A stretch of 48,803 bases of DNA from the NCBI GenBank assembly GCA_043813525.1, contig JBDRKY010000068.1, positions 1 to 48,803 on the forward strand, in the 5' to 3' direction. Under the pieces are notes generated by a model. The model had not been told where the DNA came from, ran no database searches, and worked only from the letters and a program-made list of their open reading frames with translations. Source of the stretch: Candidatus Woesearchaeota archaeon. GTDB taxonomy: Archaea > Nanobdellota > Nanobdellia > Woesearchaeales > DSVV01. This document shows positions 8,319 to 18,057 of this stretch, one piece after another. How positions within the stretch are numbered: the first letter of the stretch is position 1; each line of letters begins with the position of its first letter. The position numbers and the translations under genes were made by a program.

Positions 8319-11300
8319 ATGAGAAAAAAGAGTGTATTAGTTATAGTTTTACTGTTTTTAGTTAGCTTTGCTTCTATTTACTATTTAACATTGCCAAATA
8401 CATATTTGCCAGAAACAACAGAGCCATTGCCTGATTATGATGTAGTAATTCTTAGCCCATCAGAAATTAAGGGTATCAATTCAGAAATAACAGATGAAGA
8501 ACATAAAGAAAGCACAATAAAAATAAACAATGAAATAATTGAACCAAATAAAACAAAAGAAGATTTAATGATAGAATTATCAAAATCAAAACACCAATAT
8601 TTTATTCTGCAATTCATTGGACCTATTAAACAGAAATGGAAACAAACATTAAAAAGATTAAACATTGAATTTTATGATTATATTCCTGATTTCTCGTACA
8701 AAATTAAGGCACATCCAAAACAGATTCCAGAGATACTTAAGTTAGATTTCGTTGCGAACATTGTAGAATATAGACCAGAACTGAAGATAATCAAAGATAC
8801 AAGAGATAAGATTGATACAATGTCAAGTTTTGGTGAAATTAATTTATTTGTTGAGACTTTTGATGATATTGATAATGTTGAGATTGAAAAATATGCAAAA
8901 GAATATGTAAAAGATTCATCAAACTCGTATATAGTGAAAATTAAAAAATCAAATATAGGTAAATTATTGGAATCAGAAAATATCAATGTGATTGAAGAAA
9001 TGAAACCAATTAATATTTTCAATGATTTCACAGCTGATATAATTGAGGTTGATCCAACTGCTGAGATATTAAATTTAAATGGTACTGGACAGATTGTTGG
9101 TGTGATTGATTCTGGAATTGACACAGGTGTTGACAGCTTAACAACAGAAGGTGACATTCATTTAGATTTAGATAATAGGATAGTAAATATATCAATAATA
9201 GGAAATAATGTATGTCAATTATCAAGTAGAACATGCACAGATCCTGATGACATAAATGGTCATGGTACACATGTATCTGGCTCTGTTTTAGCTAATGGTA
9301 CACAATCTTCTGGCCAGTATAGAGGCATTGCATATGCAGCAGCTCTTTCTTTTTTTGCTGCAGGTGATGATGATGGAACAACGAGTGTTTATATTAGTAA
9401 TCTTGCTTCATCAATGATTCAGACATTATATAATGATGGAGCAAGGATTGAGACAAACAGTTGGGGTTCTGGCACAACTGAATATAGTAGTGCACTTGCA
9501 AGAAACTTTGATAGATTTATGTGGAATAATAAAGATATATTAATATTGAATTCGGCTGGCAACAGTGGTAGTTCTTTACAGACTATTCGTGATCCAGGAA
9601 CAGCAAAAAATATTCTAACAGTTGGCGCATCAAATAGTAATAGGTCTGGAAGTGGATATGGTACAGATCCTGAAGCAATACCAACCTTTTCAAGTAGAGG
9701 TCCTGCAAATGACGGCAGGATAAAGCCAGATGTTGTTGCACCAGGAACAAATATTGTATCTACAAGATCAAGTGTTGGAGTTACTAGTTGTACTTCTGCA
9801 ATAAGTGGAAACAACAATTATTCAACATGTTCAGGAACTTCAATGGCAACTCCTTTGACAGCAGGATATGCTGCATTGATAAGACAAAATTTCATTGATA
9901 ATTTAGGTGATGATGAAGTACAAGGATCATTAATCAAAGCAATGATAATAAATGGTGCATCATATATTGGTGCTTACCCAATACCAAGCAATCATACAGG
10001 ATGGGGAAGGATTAATATGACAAACACACTTATTCCAACATATCCTATTTATTTCAAATACATTGATAATAGAACAGGATTCAGCTCATCTGGACAATAT
10101 GATATTTATACATTTGATATAATCAATGATACAGCACCGATTAAGATAACATTGGTATGGACAGATTATGAATCAACTGCTTCTGCTGAGACTAATCTGG
10201 TAAATGATTTAGACCTTATTGTGACAAGTCCGAATGGAACAGTTTATTATGGAAACACTGCACCACCAAATCATAACAGTTCACAAGACAGATTAAATAC
10301 AGTTGAACAGTTGATATTAAATTCATCTACTGCTGAGGTTGAGAATGGAACTTATACAATAAACATATCTGCATTTTCAATCAGCCAAACAGATCAGGAT
10401 TACAGTCTTGTTATTTCAGGACCATTAAATGTTTCACCAACAACAGCAAAGTTTGATGGTGGAACAACAGATTTTGGAACAGTACAACAATTATATAATA
10501 CAACTGGTCATACATTGGAAAACAGCAGTTATGGTAATATAACATGGAATGATTATGCTTATTTTGCAGATATGAATTTTGATAAGAATGTTATATTTTC
10601 AAGCAATAGTTTATATGTTAATAGTTCTGGTTTGCATACAACCCTCAATTCAAATGTTACAATTTATTTAATTAACTTAAGTTATGCAGCACCTATGCCT
10701 ATTAAAGATGACTCATCTTGTGTATATCCTGATTGTCAGTTAGTAAGCAGTTCTGAAGGAAAAATAGAATTTTATGCAGTTGGTTTTTCTGGCGCAGATA
10801 CTTATAGTCTAAGTTCTGCCGAGAACACAAGTTTAGATATATGGGATATGTTAGATACAGGCAAATCAAATGTACAAAATGTAGTCTCAGAGCCAATGTA
10901 TCAAGATCAGGAAATTTATTTTTATGCAAATTATACCAATTTCACATCTTCTTTACCAATCATAAATGCAAACTGCAATATCACTTTCAATCACACAGCA
11001 ACCATAGCAGTAATGACATACAATTCAACATCAGCTTATTATGAATACAATAGAACTTTTGCAGATGCAGATAATTTCATTTACAATATAAGCTGCAGTG
11101 CGCCAAACTTTTATCAGAGAAACTCTTCAAACACAACATCAATTTCAGATATCAATGCAATTTACCCATGGCAGCCAACTAATCATTCAATTGTTCTTAA
11201 TGACAATATAACTGTAACATTATCATGGAATTCTACAAAAGATGCAGGCAGTTATGGTATTTTTTATGACAACAATGTTACATTGTTATGGGAATTTAAT

Positions 11301-12065
11301 GATACATCAACACCAAACATCACTGGGATTACAGATTTGAATTATACAGATAATACAATCAATGCAACAGCTCAAAGATATTATAAGATTGTTGCTGAAA
11401 ATAGTTCTAGAATAAATGCATCAAATGTGACATTAGGTGTTTTCAAGAAAGAATTACCTGCCACAACAGGAAACCCAAACAGTGGTATTGAACAGATTAT
11501 CATTTCTGTACCATTGAATGTGACTAATTTAACATTAGCAAATTTGATTTCAACATCATCTGAATTAGCGTCTAATAATGATATGATATATACCTACAAT
11601 ACAACATCAGACAAAAGCACAGCATCACAGCCAGAATCAGTACAATTCTTTTCAGGTTTAGGGTGGTATGGTGATTTTGACAAATTCAATCTAAATCAAG
11701 GTTATATATTCAAGCCAGTAGCATCAGCATATAATATTACTTTCGTAGGTTTTGTACCAACAACAAATTCAACAATAACTATTAATTCATCAACAAATAT
11801 AGCTGGCAATACTTCTTCTGGAACAAAAGCAGAATTAAATGTGATTGGTTTAAACACAGCACAACAGAAGTGTGATTTAGATACAATATTCTATGGTGCA
11901 ACTGATGGTGACAGCATATTCAGGTATAATACAGTAACTGCAGCTTATGAAACAGTATCTTATGATGGCACAAACTGGTCAGGAGATTTTAACTGCATCA
12001 ATGCAGGAGAAGGTTATGAGATGAGAATTGTTGGAAGTTCTTATAATGTTAATTATGAGAGATAA
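8319..12065 (+). CDS. Secreted S8 subtilisin-family serine protease with long sequon-rich C-terminal extension
   Basis: Signal/anchor VLVIVLLFLVSFASIYY. I9-like propeptide (YFILQFIGPIK...). Catalytic triad contexts VGVIDSGID, NGHGTHVSGS, SGTSMATP. LVWTD...LVNDLDLIV beta-sandwich motif. The remaining ~700 aa have no recognised domain. Confidence 0.9.
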   Translation: MRKKSVLVIVLLFLVSFASIYYLTLPNTYLPETTEPLPDYDVVILSPSEIKGINSEITDEEHKESTIKINNEIIEPNKTKEDLMIELSKSKHQYFILQFIGPIKQKWKQTLKRLNIEFYDYIPDFSYKIKAHPKQIPEILKLDFVANIVEYRPELKIIKDTRDKIDTMSSFGEINLFVETFDDIDNVEIEKYAKEYVKDSSNSYIVKIKKSNIGKLLESENINVIEEMKPINIFNDFTADIIEVDPTAEILNLNGTGQIVGVIDSGIDTGVDSLTTEGDIHLDLDNRIVNISIIGNNVCQLSSRTCTDPDDINGHGTHVSGSVLANGTQSSGQYRGIAYAAALSFFAAGDDDGTTSVYISNLASSMIQTLYNDGARIETNSWGSGTTEYSSALARNFDRFMWNNKDILILNSAGNSGSSLQTIRDPGTAKNILTVGASNSNRSGSGYGTDPEAIPTFSSRGPANDGRIKPDVVAPGTNIVSTRSSVGVTSCTSAISGNNNYSTCSGTSMATPLTAGYAALIRQNFIDNLGDDEVQGSLIKAMIINGASYIGAYPIPSNHTGWGRINMTNTLIPTYPIYFKYIDNRTGFSSSGQYDIYTFDIINDTAPIKITLVWTDYESTASAETNLVNDLDLIVTSPNGTVYYGNTAPPNHNSSQDRLNTVEQLILNSSTAEVENGTYTINISAFSISQTDQDYSLVISGPLNVSPTTAKFDGGTTDFGTVQQLYNTTGHTLENSSYGNITWNDYAYFADMNFDKNVIFSSNSLYVNSSGLHTTLNSNVTIYLINLSYAAPMPIKDDSSCVYPDCQLVSSSEGKIEFYAVGFSGADTYSLSSAENTSLDIWDMLDTGKSNVQNVVSEPMYQDQEIYFYANYTNFTSSLPIINANCNITFNHTATIAVMTYNSTSAYYEYNRTFADADNFIYNISCSAPNFYQRNSSNTTSISDINAIYPWQPTNHSIVLNDNITVTLSWNSTKDAGSYGIFYDNNVTLLWEFNDTSTPNITGITDLNYTDNTINATAQRYYKIVAENSSRINASNVTLGVFKKELPATTGNPNSGIEQIIISVPLNVTNLTLANLISTSSELASNNDMIYTYNTTSDKSTASQPESVQFFSGLGWYGDFDKFNLNQGYIFKPVASAYNITFVGFVPTTNSTITINSSTNIAGNTSSGTKAELNVIGLNTAQQKCDLDTIFYGATDGDSIFRYNTVTAAYETVSYDGTNWSGDFNCINAGEGYEMRIVGSSYNVNYER

Positions 12066-12083
12066 ATTATTTGATAATTCATG

Positions 12084-12509
12084 TTATTTCTGTTTAAGAT
12101 ACTTTTCCAGATCATTCAGATGGCCATAATGATGCCTCATCAGCCTTAGTCGTCTTGCTTCATCAAATGTGAATAATGCACCACCTAATGAATCTTTAAA
12201 CTGTATCTTATCAAATCCAGGAAATTCAGCAACAAACAGATGTTCAACAGCTTTGATATTATCAGCTGGTTGTATATGATAACTCTTGACATGCCTATAA
12301 TTTGTAACAGCATAATTTAATTCCTGAAGTATCTCTCTTTCAAGACCTTGTTCCTTGCTTTCAAGACCTTGCTCATTGCTATTTTCAGGTTCAAGCACAC
12401 CGCCAAAAAAAGCCCATTCCTCACTGTATTTGCTTCTTAGTCTTTTTTCTAATAGGATTCTGTTATTTGAGTCATAAAAAGCTATAATAGATACTTCAAT
12501 ATGTTTCAT
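12084..12509 (-). CDS. Nudix-family hydrolase with an expanded Nudix box
   Basis: GGVLEPE...REILQELNY resembles GX5EX7REUXEEXGU, but 15 residues rather than 7 separate the first Glu from RE. Confidence 0.65.
   Translation of the reverse strand: MKHIEVSIIAFYDSNNRILLEKRLRSKYSEEWAFFGGVLEPENSNEQGLESKEQGLEREILQELNYAVTNYRHVKSYHIQPADNIKAVEHLFVAEFPGFDKIQFKDSLGGALFTFDEARRLRLMRHHYGHLNDLEKYLKQK
12337..12378. repeat. In-frame 21-nt tandem duplication inside the Nudix box
   Basis: ctttcaagaccttg is repeated exactly at 12337-12350 and 12358-12371. It encodes EQGLE(S/R) twice. Confidence 0.85.
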
Positions 12510-12572
12510 GTAAGAGAGAAATATATATAGATTTAAAAATGTTATTTTTGAAAAAACTAATTAGATTACAGA

Positions 12573-13829
12573 TTATTCTTTTCCTTTCCAATATTCTTTC
12601 ATCATATTAAGCAATTGGTTAGGTTCAATGTGATAACCGCCTTGGAGATTATATATCCTGTCTGCTTTTGTTTCTTTTTGTTCCTTTTGTTCTTTAATAC
12701 CTTTTACACATTTAGGTTTTTCATTGTATATTATTTGTATTTTCATTTCACCTTTATCATCCATTACACCATAGCTAAACCATTTGGTGCTGATATCTTT
12801 TACAGATTTCCATGGTATGACATATACAATATCAAATATTTTTTCAATCAATCCATCTTTAGTCACAATCAACTGCTGTTTTTTTGAGTGTATAATCTTT
12901 ACCAGATTAACAATGATTATGCTTAAGCCACCAATTATGAAAAGAGATAATAAGATAGATATAAACAATTTGATGTTATAATTATATTTAGTAAAATCCA
13001 TACCCCAGAAATTCGTGACATTAAAAAGATCAAATATAGTCATAATGAATCCAAAGCTGAGTACAAAGAATAGTACAGACAAGAATATCCTTAAGAAATA
13101 ATTTTCTTTTGCTTCGAAATATAATGTTCTTTCTCCTTTTTGTTTTATTTTCAGCAGAGACAATATGTTTTCCGGCAATTTTTCATTCTTTACAGAAAGA
13201 CCAATCACAATAGGCCATTCCTTTGCATTTGCTGTCTCTTCATTTTGTGCCTTATGTTTTTTTACATGATGATATATCAAGCCATAAACCTTGTTAAAAT
13301 TATCTAAAAATAGTTTGGGAATTACCACTACTTTGTTAGGTGTTGCACTATCACCAATAGATTCTACAACCAATCTGATTGATGTGACAAAATTATCTGT
13401 GTCCCTTCTATCAATGTTATAATCAGTTATATTCTTCCATGGGATTAATGTTGCCAGACTTCCTTTTCTTATAATAATCATATTATCTGTTATGATAATA
13501 TAATATTTATTTTTGTGCATCCTCGCAATCAGACCATCAAAGAACACTAATGTAAAAAAAACGACAAATAGAGCAAGCATGGCTTCAACAGCTAAAAATA
13601 ACCATAAAGAAAACATATAATCTGGTCTTGAATTTAGCTCAAAAAAAGACAGCAATATAATCGCAGAAAATAATAATAATGCAAGGAACAAGCTTACTCC
13701 TTTCCATATTTTATTGCTAGTTGTTAGCTCTTTAAGATAGAAAACAGTCCTATTTTCAACTGTTTCAACCTCTTTTTTCTGCTCTTCAGATAATTTATCT
13801 AAATTTATGTTAAGATATAACAGCCCCAT
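12573..13829 (-). CDS. Membrane protein with duplicated TM-pair plus bacterial-PH-like (YdbS/YdbT-type) modules
   Basis: Two repeats of two hydrophobic helices, each followed by YYIIITDNMIIIRKGSLATLIPWKNITDY or QQLIVTKDGLIEKIFDIVYVIPWKSVKDI. Confidence 0.6.
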   Translation of the reverse strand: MGLLYLNINLDKLSEEQKKEVETVENRTVFYLKELTTSNKIWKGVSLFLALLLFSAIILLSFFELNSRPDYMFSLWLFLAVEAMLALFVVFFTLVFFDGLIARMHKNKYYIIITDNMIIIRKGSLATLIPWKNITDYNIDRRDTDNFVTSIRLVVESIGDSATPNKVVVIPKLFLDNFNKVYGLIYHHVKKHKAQNEETANAKEWPIVIGLSVKNEKLPENILSLLKIKQKGERTLYFEAKENYFLRIFLSVLFFVLSFGFIMTIFDLFNVTNFWGMDFTKYNYNIKLFISILLSLFIIGGLSIIIVNLVKIIHSKKQQLIVTKDGLIEKIFDIVYVIPWKSVKDISTKWFSYGVMDDKGEMKIQIIYNEKPKCVKGIKEQKEQKETKADRIYNLQGGYHIEPNQLLNMMKEYWKGKE

Positions 13830-13953
13830 AATAAGATATTAAGGTGATGTGTATTTATAAAGTTATTGTTAGCAATTTATTTCATTAAAAATACCTATAC
13901 CACTATTAGTAGATAGAAAATATTATAAAGAGATAATTAATTCTTATGCCAAG

Positions 13954-15471
13954 ATGATTAATCTAAACAAACTAAACAATTTTAATCTTAAATTGATGTT
14001 AATATCAGTGTTAGTGTTTATCCTGATAATTGCCCCACATGTTTTTTCTGAAACAGATAAGGGTACAACAAATATGGATTATGTTGATATAACAACAGAT
14101 GATACAGATAATGCTGTTACAGATGAAAATATTAAAAATTTAGATGTTGATTCTATTAATGAAGCAGAAAAAGGTACAGGAGAACATGGTTCTGAGTTTG
14201 CAGTTACATTCTTATGGATTGCAGTCATATTGATATTTGCAAAACTATCCAGTCTTGTTGAGAAATTCGGGCAGCCAGCTGTTTTAGGTGAGCTTGTCAT
14301 AGGTGTAATATTAGGAAATTTAGTTCTTTTAGGCATACATATATTTGAACCTATCAAACATAATTCAATAATTACTTTTTTGGCAGAATTAGGTGTAGTT
14401 ATATTATTATTTCAGATAGGTCTTGAATCTAATTTAGGTGAGATGAAAAGAGTTGGATTCAGGGCAGGTGTTGTAGCAGTTATTGGAGTTGTGCTTCCAT
14501 TTTTGATAGGTACACTATTAGGGCCATTTTTTCTGCCTGGATTATCATTCAATGCATATTTATTCTTAGGTGCGACATTGACAGCAACATCAGTAGGTAT
14601 AACTGCAAGGGTTTTCAAGGATCTGAATAAATTAAACACACCAGAGGCTAAGATTGTTCTTGGTGCAGCAGTTATTGATGATGTACTTGGCTTAATAATA
14701 TTAGCTGTTGTATCTGCTATTGTAACACTAGGAGCTGTAAGTGTTGGGATGGTCAGTTGGATATTAGCTAAAGCAATCTTATTTTTAGTAGGATCAATAA
14801 TTTTAGGGCAATTGCTTGCACCTCGTGTCAGCAGGATATTTGCTAAGATACATACAGGTGTTGGCATGAAATTTGCGATTGTCATTTCTTTTTGTCTGAT
14901 ATTTGCATATTTGGCTCAATTGATTGGTTTGGCAGCAATAGTTGGTGCTTTTGCAGCTGGTTTGATACTTGATCCTGTTCATTTCCGTTATTTCAAGGAT
15001 CCAAAGGTAGTGAGAGATGTCAGAGAAGGCATAAAAGAATGTGAACCTAATCTGAAAGAAAGCATATCACGTGTCATAAATAAGCATGCTGATAGGCATA
15101 TAGAAGATTTCATTGAACCACTTGGCTTATTTTTAGTTCCTATATTTTTTGTTGCTACAGGTATGGCAGTCAATCTTGAAACAATGTTTAATCTGTCAAT
15201 ACTTCTCGTTGCATTAGGAATCACAGCTGTTGCGATAATTGGTAAGATAGCAGCAGGTTTTGTTGCTGGTGACGTAAAAAAATGGATAGTTGGGTGGGGT
15301 ATGGTTCCAAGAGGTGAAGTTGGCCTTATATTTGCGACAATAGGTAAAAGTTTAGGTGTTGTCAATGATACAGTATTTTCTGTTATAGTTATAATGGTCA
15401 TACTGACAACATTGATACCACCAGTTATATTGACATTCCTTATAAGAAGACAAGAAGGGAAAAAGATTTGA
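13954..15471 (+). CDS. Cation:proton antiporter (CPA2 / Kef-NapA type)
   Basis: 505 aa with ~12 hydrophobic segments. PAVLGELVIGVILG and GLE motif region typical of the Na_H_Exchanger family. N-terminal acidic extension after a signal-like helix. Confidence 0.8.
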   Translation: MINLNKLNNFNLKLMLISVLVFILIIAPHVFSETDKGTTNMDYVDITTDDTDNAVTDENIKNLDVDSINEAEKGTGEHGSEFAVTFLWIAVILIFAKLSSLVEKFGQPAVLGELVIGVILGNLVLLGIHIFEPIKHNSIITFLAELGVVILLFQIGLESNLGEMKRVGFRAGVVAVIGVVLPFLIGTLLGPFFLPGLSFNAYLFLGATLTATSVGITARVFKDLNKLNTPEAKIVLGAAVIDDVLGLIILAVVSAIVTLGAVSVGMVSWILAKAILFLVGSIILGQLLAPRVSRIFAKIHTGVGMKFAIVISFCLIFAYLAQLIGLAAIVGAFAAGLILDPVHFRYFKDPKVVRDVREGIKECEPNLKESISRVINKHADRHIEDFIEPLGLFLVPIFFVATGMAVNLETMFNLSILLVALGITAVAIIGKIAAGFVAGDVKKWIVGWGMVPRGEVGLIFATIGKSLGVVNDTVFSVIVIMVILTTLIPPVILTFLIRRQEGKKI

Positions 15472-15492
15472 TATTTTATATGATGTTATTTT

Positions 15493-17832
15493 TTAGGGCA
15501 TATAATTAATCAATCTTTCCAACCCTTTAATTCTCGAATGAATCATTGTATGATATTCTGATTCATGTGCAATCTCATCTGATAATAGTCTTGATGCTTC
15601 AAGCATCTGCAACATAAGTGGTCTTATATGCTGATGCATTGTTAGTCTTGATTGGCTGCTCCATGAATAACATAATGCTATACCTCTTTCATAGACTGAG
15701 TTAAGATAGCTTAATCTAAACAAATGATTAATATCTTCAGTTACAAATGCTTCTTCAAGATCATCAGTAGATATTTTTGAATCACCATTGCCTGTCATTT
15801 TGAAATAATTATATGCATCAAAATATTGATTAACTGATCTAAGTTTAGTTTTCCAACAAATATCTCCAAAAGTGTTGAGAAGATTAACTAGTTCATGTGT
15901 TTGATCAACACAGCCTTTTTCATCCCAGTCCAGAGCAACAATGATTGGTTCTCTTAAGCCTTTAGTTAGGCCAGCATCAATCACCCAATTTTCTGGATGT
16001 GCATCTTTATTGAACACATAATCCTGTTGTAATCGAAGTTCATCAATATATCCCTTATTCAGATGATGAGCAATGACATCTGGAACATAAAATCTGTCAA
16101 TTAGGCCAGCCAATTTATCATGAAAATATTCTTTTCTTGGCATGATTGTTTTATGTTTAATAGTCATGGTTGAATGTATAAATGCAAGCATGACAACAAT
16201 ATCTGATAATGATTGTTCTGCCTTTTCAGGTGATTGAAATAATTGAACCTTAAGTGTTGCACCAATATTTTTTCTCATAACTCCCACAGCCTTATCATCC
16301 TGAGAAAAACAAGCTAAATAATCAGGAAAACCCAATTTTCTGAGAGATTCTACAATCATTACAACATCAGCAAATCTTGAAAACTTTCCACAATCAACAT
16401 TCCTTACAAATCCAGCAGAAGTGTCATTTGCATAAGATAATACTTCAAGCATTGATGCATGCTTTTCTTTTATTTCAGTTAAATTATTTTGAGCTTTTTT
16501 AGTTTCATCTTCTGTATCTAATTTATAAACATAACTAAAATGTAAAAAATCATTATTTTTCTTACCTACTTGTACAACAGTTTTGGTTGTTTCACCACAA
16601 TCCTCAAGAACAAATCTTTCATCTTCCTTTATTTTTAGATAAACTTGCTGGTGTATTCTTCCAGATTTTTTCATGTCATTCAATTCATTTAAATAATCCA
16701 AATCTTCAAGTTCTTTTGCATACAATACCTTAAGTTCAACAAATTCAGGAAACCGATTTACTGCTTCTTCAAACAAACTGCAGCATTTTGCATGTTTTCC
16801 AAGAACTTTAGCAAGATATGCAGTGAAACAATACATCAAAGCTTCATGAACCCTATATATATTATACCCTTCTTTAGCCATAGATACAGAAATTCGTTCT
16901 CTAACATTATGTTCATTTTCGTCTATATTTGGCTCATTTTTCTTGCCCTGCCTCCTAATTCTCTTAAGTTTAGAATATTCTCTGCGATATAATTCTCTGT
17001 AAGCTAAATTTTCAATAAAAGAGTCAAAGCTTACAAATCTAATTTCATGCTGGTATGGCAATTTTTCTTCAGCTTTTTTCAATTCGAGAAAAGCTTTGCC
17101 ATATTGATTCAGTTTAGCATAGATTGATACTTTTTTAAGATTAATCCTATAATCTTCAGGAGACATCTGTTCTCTTTGATCAGATAATTCCAACGCTTCA
17201 GCATATTGTCTTTTTAATAACATATATTTCAGATGTAAAGAAGTACAGGCATATTCTCTATGTTCTTTGTGTACAAATCTACCTAAATTATCTGACAAAA
17301 ATGCTGTAAAGCTAACAGATGGTATAGTCAGAAGACTTAATGCTGTCGTCATTCTTGATACACCTTCAGTTATAAAACCCAATGGTAAGTATATAGCTTC
17401 ATTTTTATCAGGATTCATGATAGAACCATAAATAGGGATTAATTTTCTAAAATTACCAATTTCATAGTATTCACTAACCAACCCAATTAAATACCTAATA
17501 TCTTCAATCAAAATATTATTATAGGTTAATGCACATAATGCAACCCCTGTTATTACGGGAATTTTAAGAGTATCTGCAGAAGAATTATTTTTCTTTGCTT
17601 TATGAGTTCTTAATCTTATATATACAATAACAGATTCAAGTCCACGAATAGCAATATTATTTGTGATATCTGATTCATCTGGTACAAAAAACTCTTCAAT
17701 AGAATTCCAGGCAAAGAATGAAGCAGAGGCATAAGCTATTGTTAATATTTCAGGATAGTATTGATATGTAAATGATCTAACCTGATTAAATAAAGAATAT
17801 ACTAATTTTTCTAAATTGATGGATTTAAACAT
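15493..17832 (-). CDS. Large protein: hydrophobic N-terminal region, TPR-like helical middle, C-terminal APH/choline-kinase-like phosphotransferase motifs
   Basis: The ORF-track start at 17844 is GTG; there is an ATG at 17832. C-terminal NKDAHPENWVID (compare the HxDxxxxN Brenner motif) and VALDWDEKG (compare the DxD/DWE metal-binding motif). Confidence 0.55.
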   Translation of the reverse strand: MFKSINLEKLVYSLFNQVRSFTYQYYPEILTIAYASASFFAWNSIEEFFVPDESDITNNIAIRGLESVIVYIRLRTHKAKKNNSSADTLKIPVITGVALCALTYNNILIEDIRYLIGLVSEYYEIGNFRKLIPIYGSIMNPDKNEAIYLPLGFITEGVSRMTTALSLLTIPSVSFTAFLSDNLGRFVHKEHREYACTSLHLKYMLLKRQYAEALELSDQREQMSPEDYRINLKKVSIYAKLNQYGKAFLELKKAEEKLPYQHEIRFVSFDSFIENLAYRELYRREYSKLKRIRRQGKKNEPNIDENEHNVRERISVSMAKEGYNIYRVHEALMYCFTAYLAKVLGKHAKCCSLFEEAVNRFPEFVELKVLYAKELEDLDYLNELNDMKKSGRIHQQVYLKIKEDERFVLEDCGETTKTVVQVGKKNNDFLHFSYVYKLDTEDETKKAQNNLTEIKEKHASMLEVLSYANDTSAGFVRNVDCGKFSRFADVVMIVESLRKLGFPDYLACFSQDDKAVGVMRKNIGATLKVQLFQSPEKAEQSLSDIVVMLAFIHSTMTIKHKTIMPRKEYFHDKLAGLIDRFYVPDVIAHHLNKGYIDELRLQQDYVFNKDAHPENWVIDAGLTKGLREPIIVALDWDEKGCVDQTHELVNLLNTFGDICWKTKLRSVNQYFDAYNYFKMTGNGDSKISTDDLEEAFVTEDINHLFRLSYLNSVYERGIALCYSWSSQSRLTMHQHIRPLMLQMLEASRLLSDEIAHESEYHTMIHSRIKGLERLINYMP

Positions 17833-17880
17833 TATTATCAACACTATAAAGTGGTCTTTAATTAAGAATTATTTAACAAA

Positions 17881-17892
17881 CATTTAAATATT
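17881..17892 (+). promoter_or_regulatory. TATA-like box upstream of the small ORF and paralog pair
   Basis: catttaaatatt, with tttaaata ending 25 nt before the ATG at 17916. Confidence 0.3.
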
Positions 17893-17915
17893 TCTTTTAC
17901 AAATAGCTAAGTAGC

Positions 17916-18050
17916 ATGGTATTTAGGTCAAAAAAAGGGTTTTCCATGGTTTGGGAAGAGCTTGATATAAAAGTTATCTTTGTAGTTATACTTTTAATAT
18001 TAATATTTGCAGTATCATTATATTTGAGAAACATATTGTTTGGAAGTTGA
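17916..18050 (+). CDS. Possible 44-aa membrane peptide (not in the ORF track)
   Basis: Hand translation: MVFRSKKGFSMVWEELDIKVIFVVILLILIFAVSLYLRNILFGS, stop at 18048-18050. A TATA-like box sits at the right distance, and the ORF ends 7 nt before the next ATG. Confidence 0.3.
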   Translation: MVFRSKKGFSMVWEELDIKVIFVVILLILIFAVSLYLRNILFGS

Positions 18051-18057
18051 TTTTAAG

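Noticed and set aside
8435-9817. Several minus-strand ORFs (8435..8665, 8678..9157, 9028..9270, 9419..9817) inside the subtilase gene
   Set aside because: They are antisense to a gene with a complete catalytic triad, and no independent support exists.
14079-15401. Three minus-strand ORFs (14079..14357, 14412..14885, 14988..15401) opposite the antiporter gene
   Set aside because: Antisense shadows of a well-supported 12-TM transporter. The translations are Thr/Pro/Ile-rich with no motifs.
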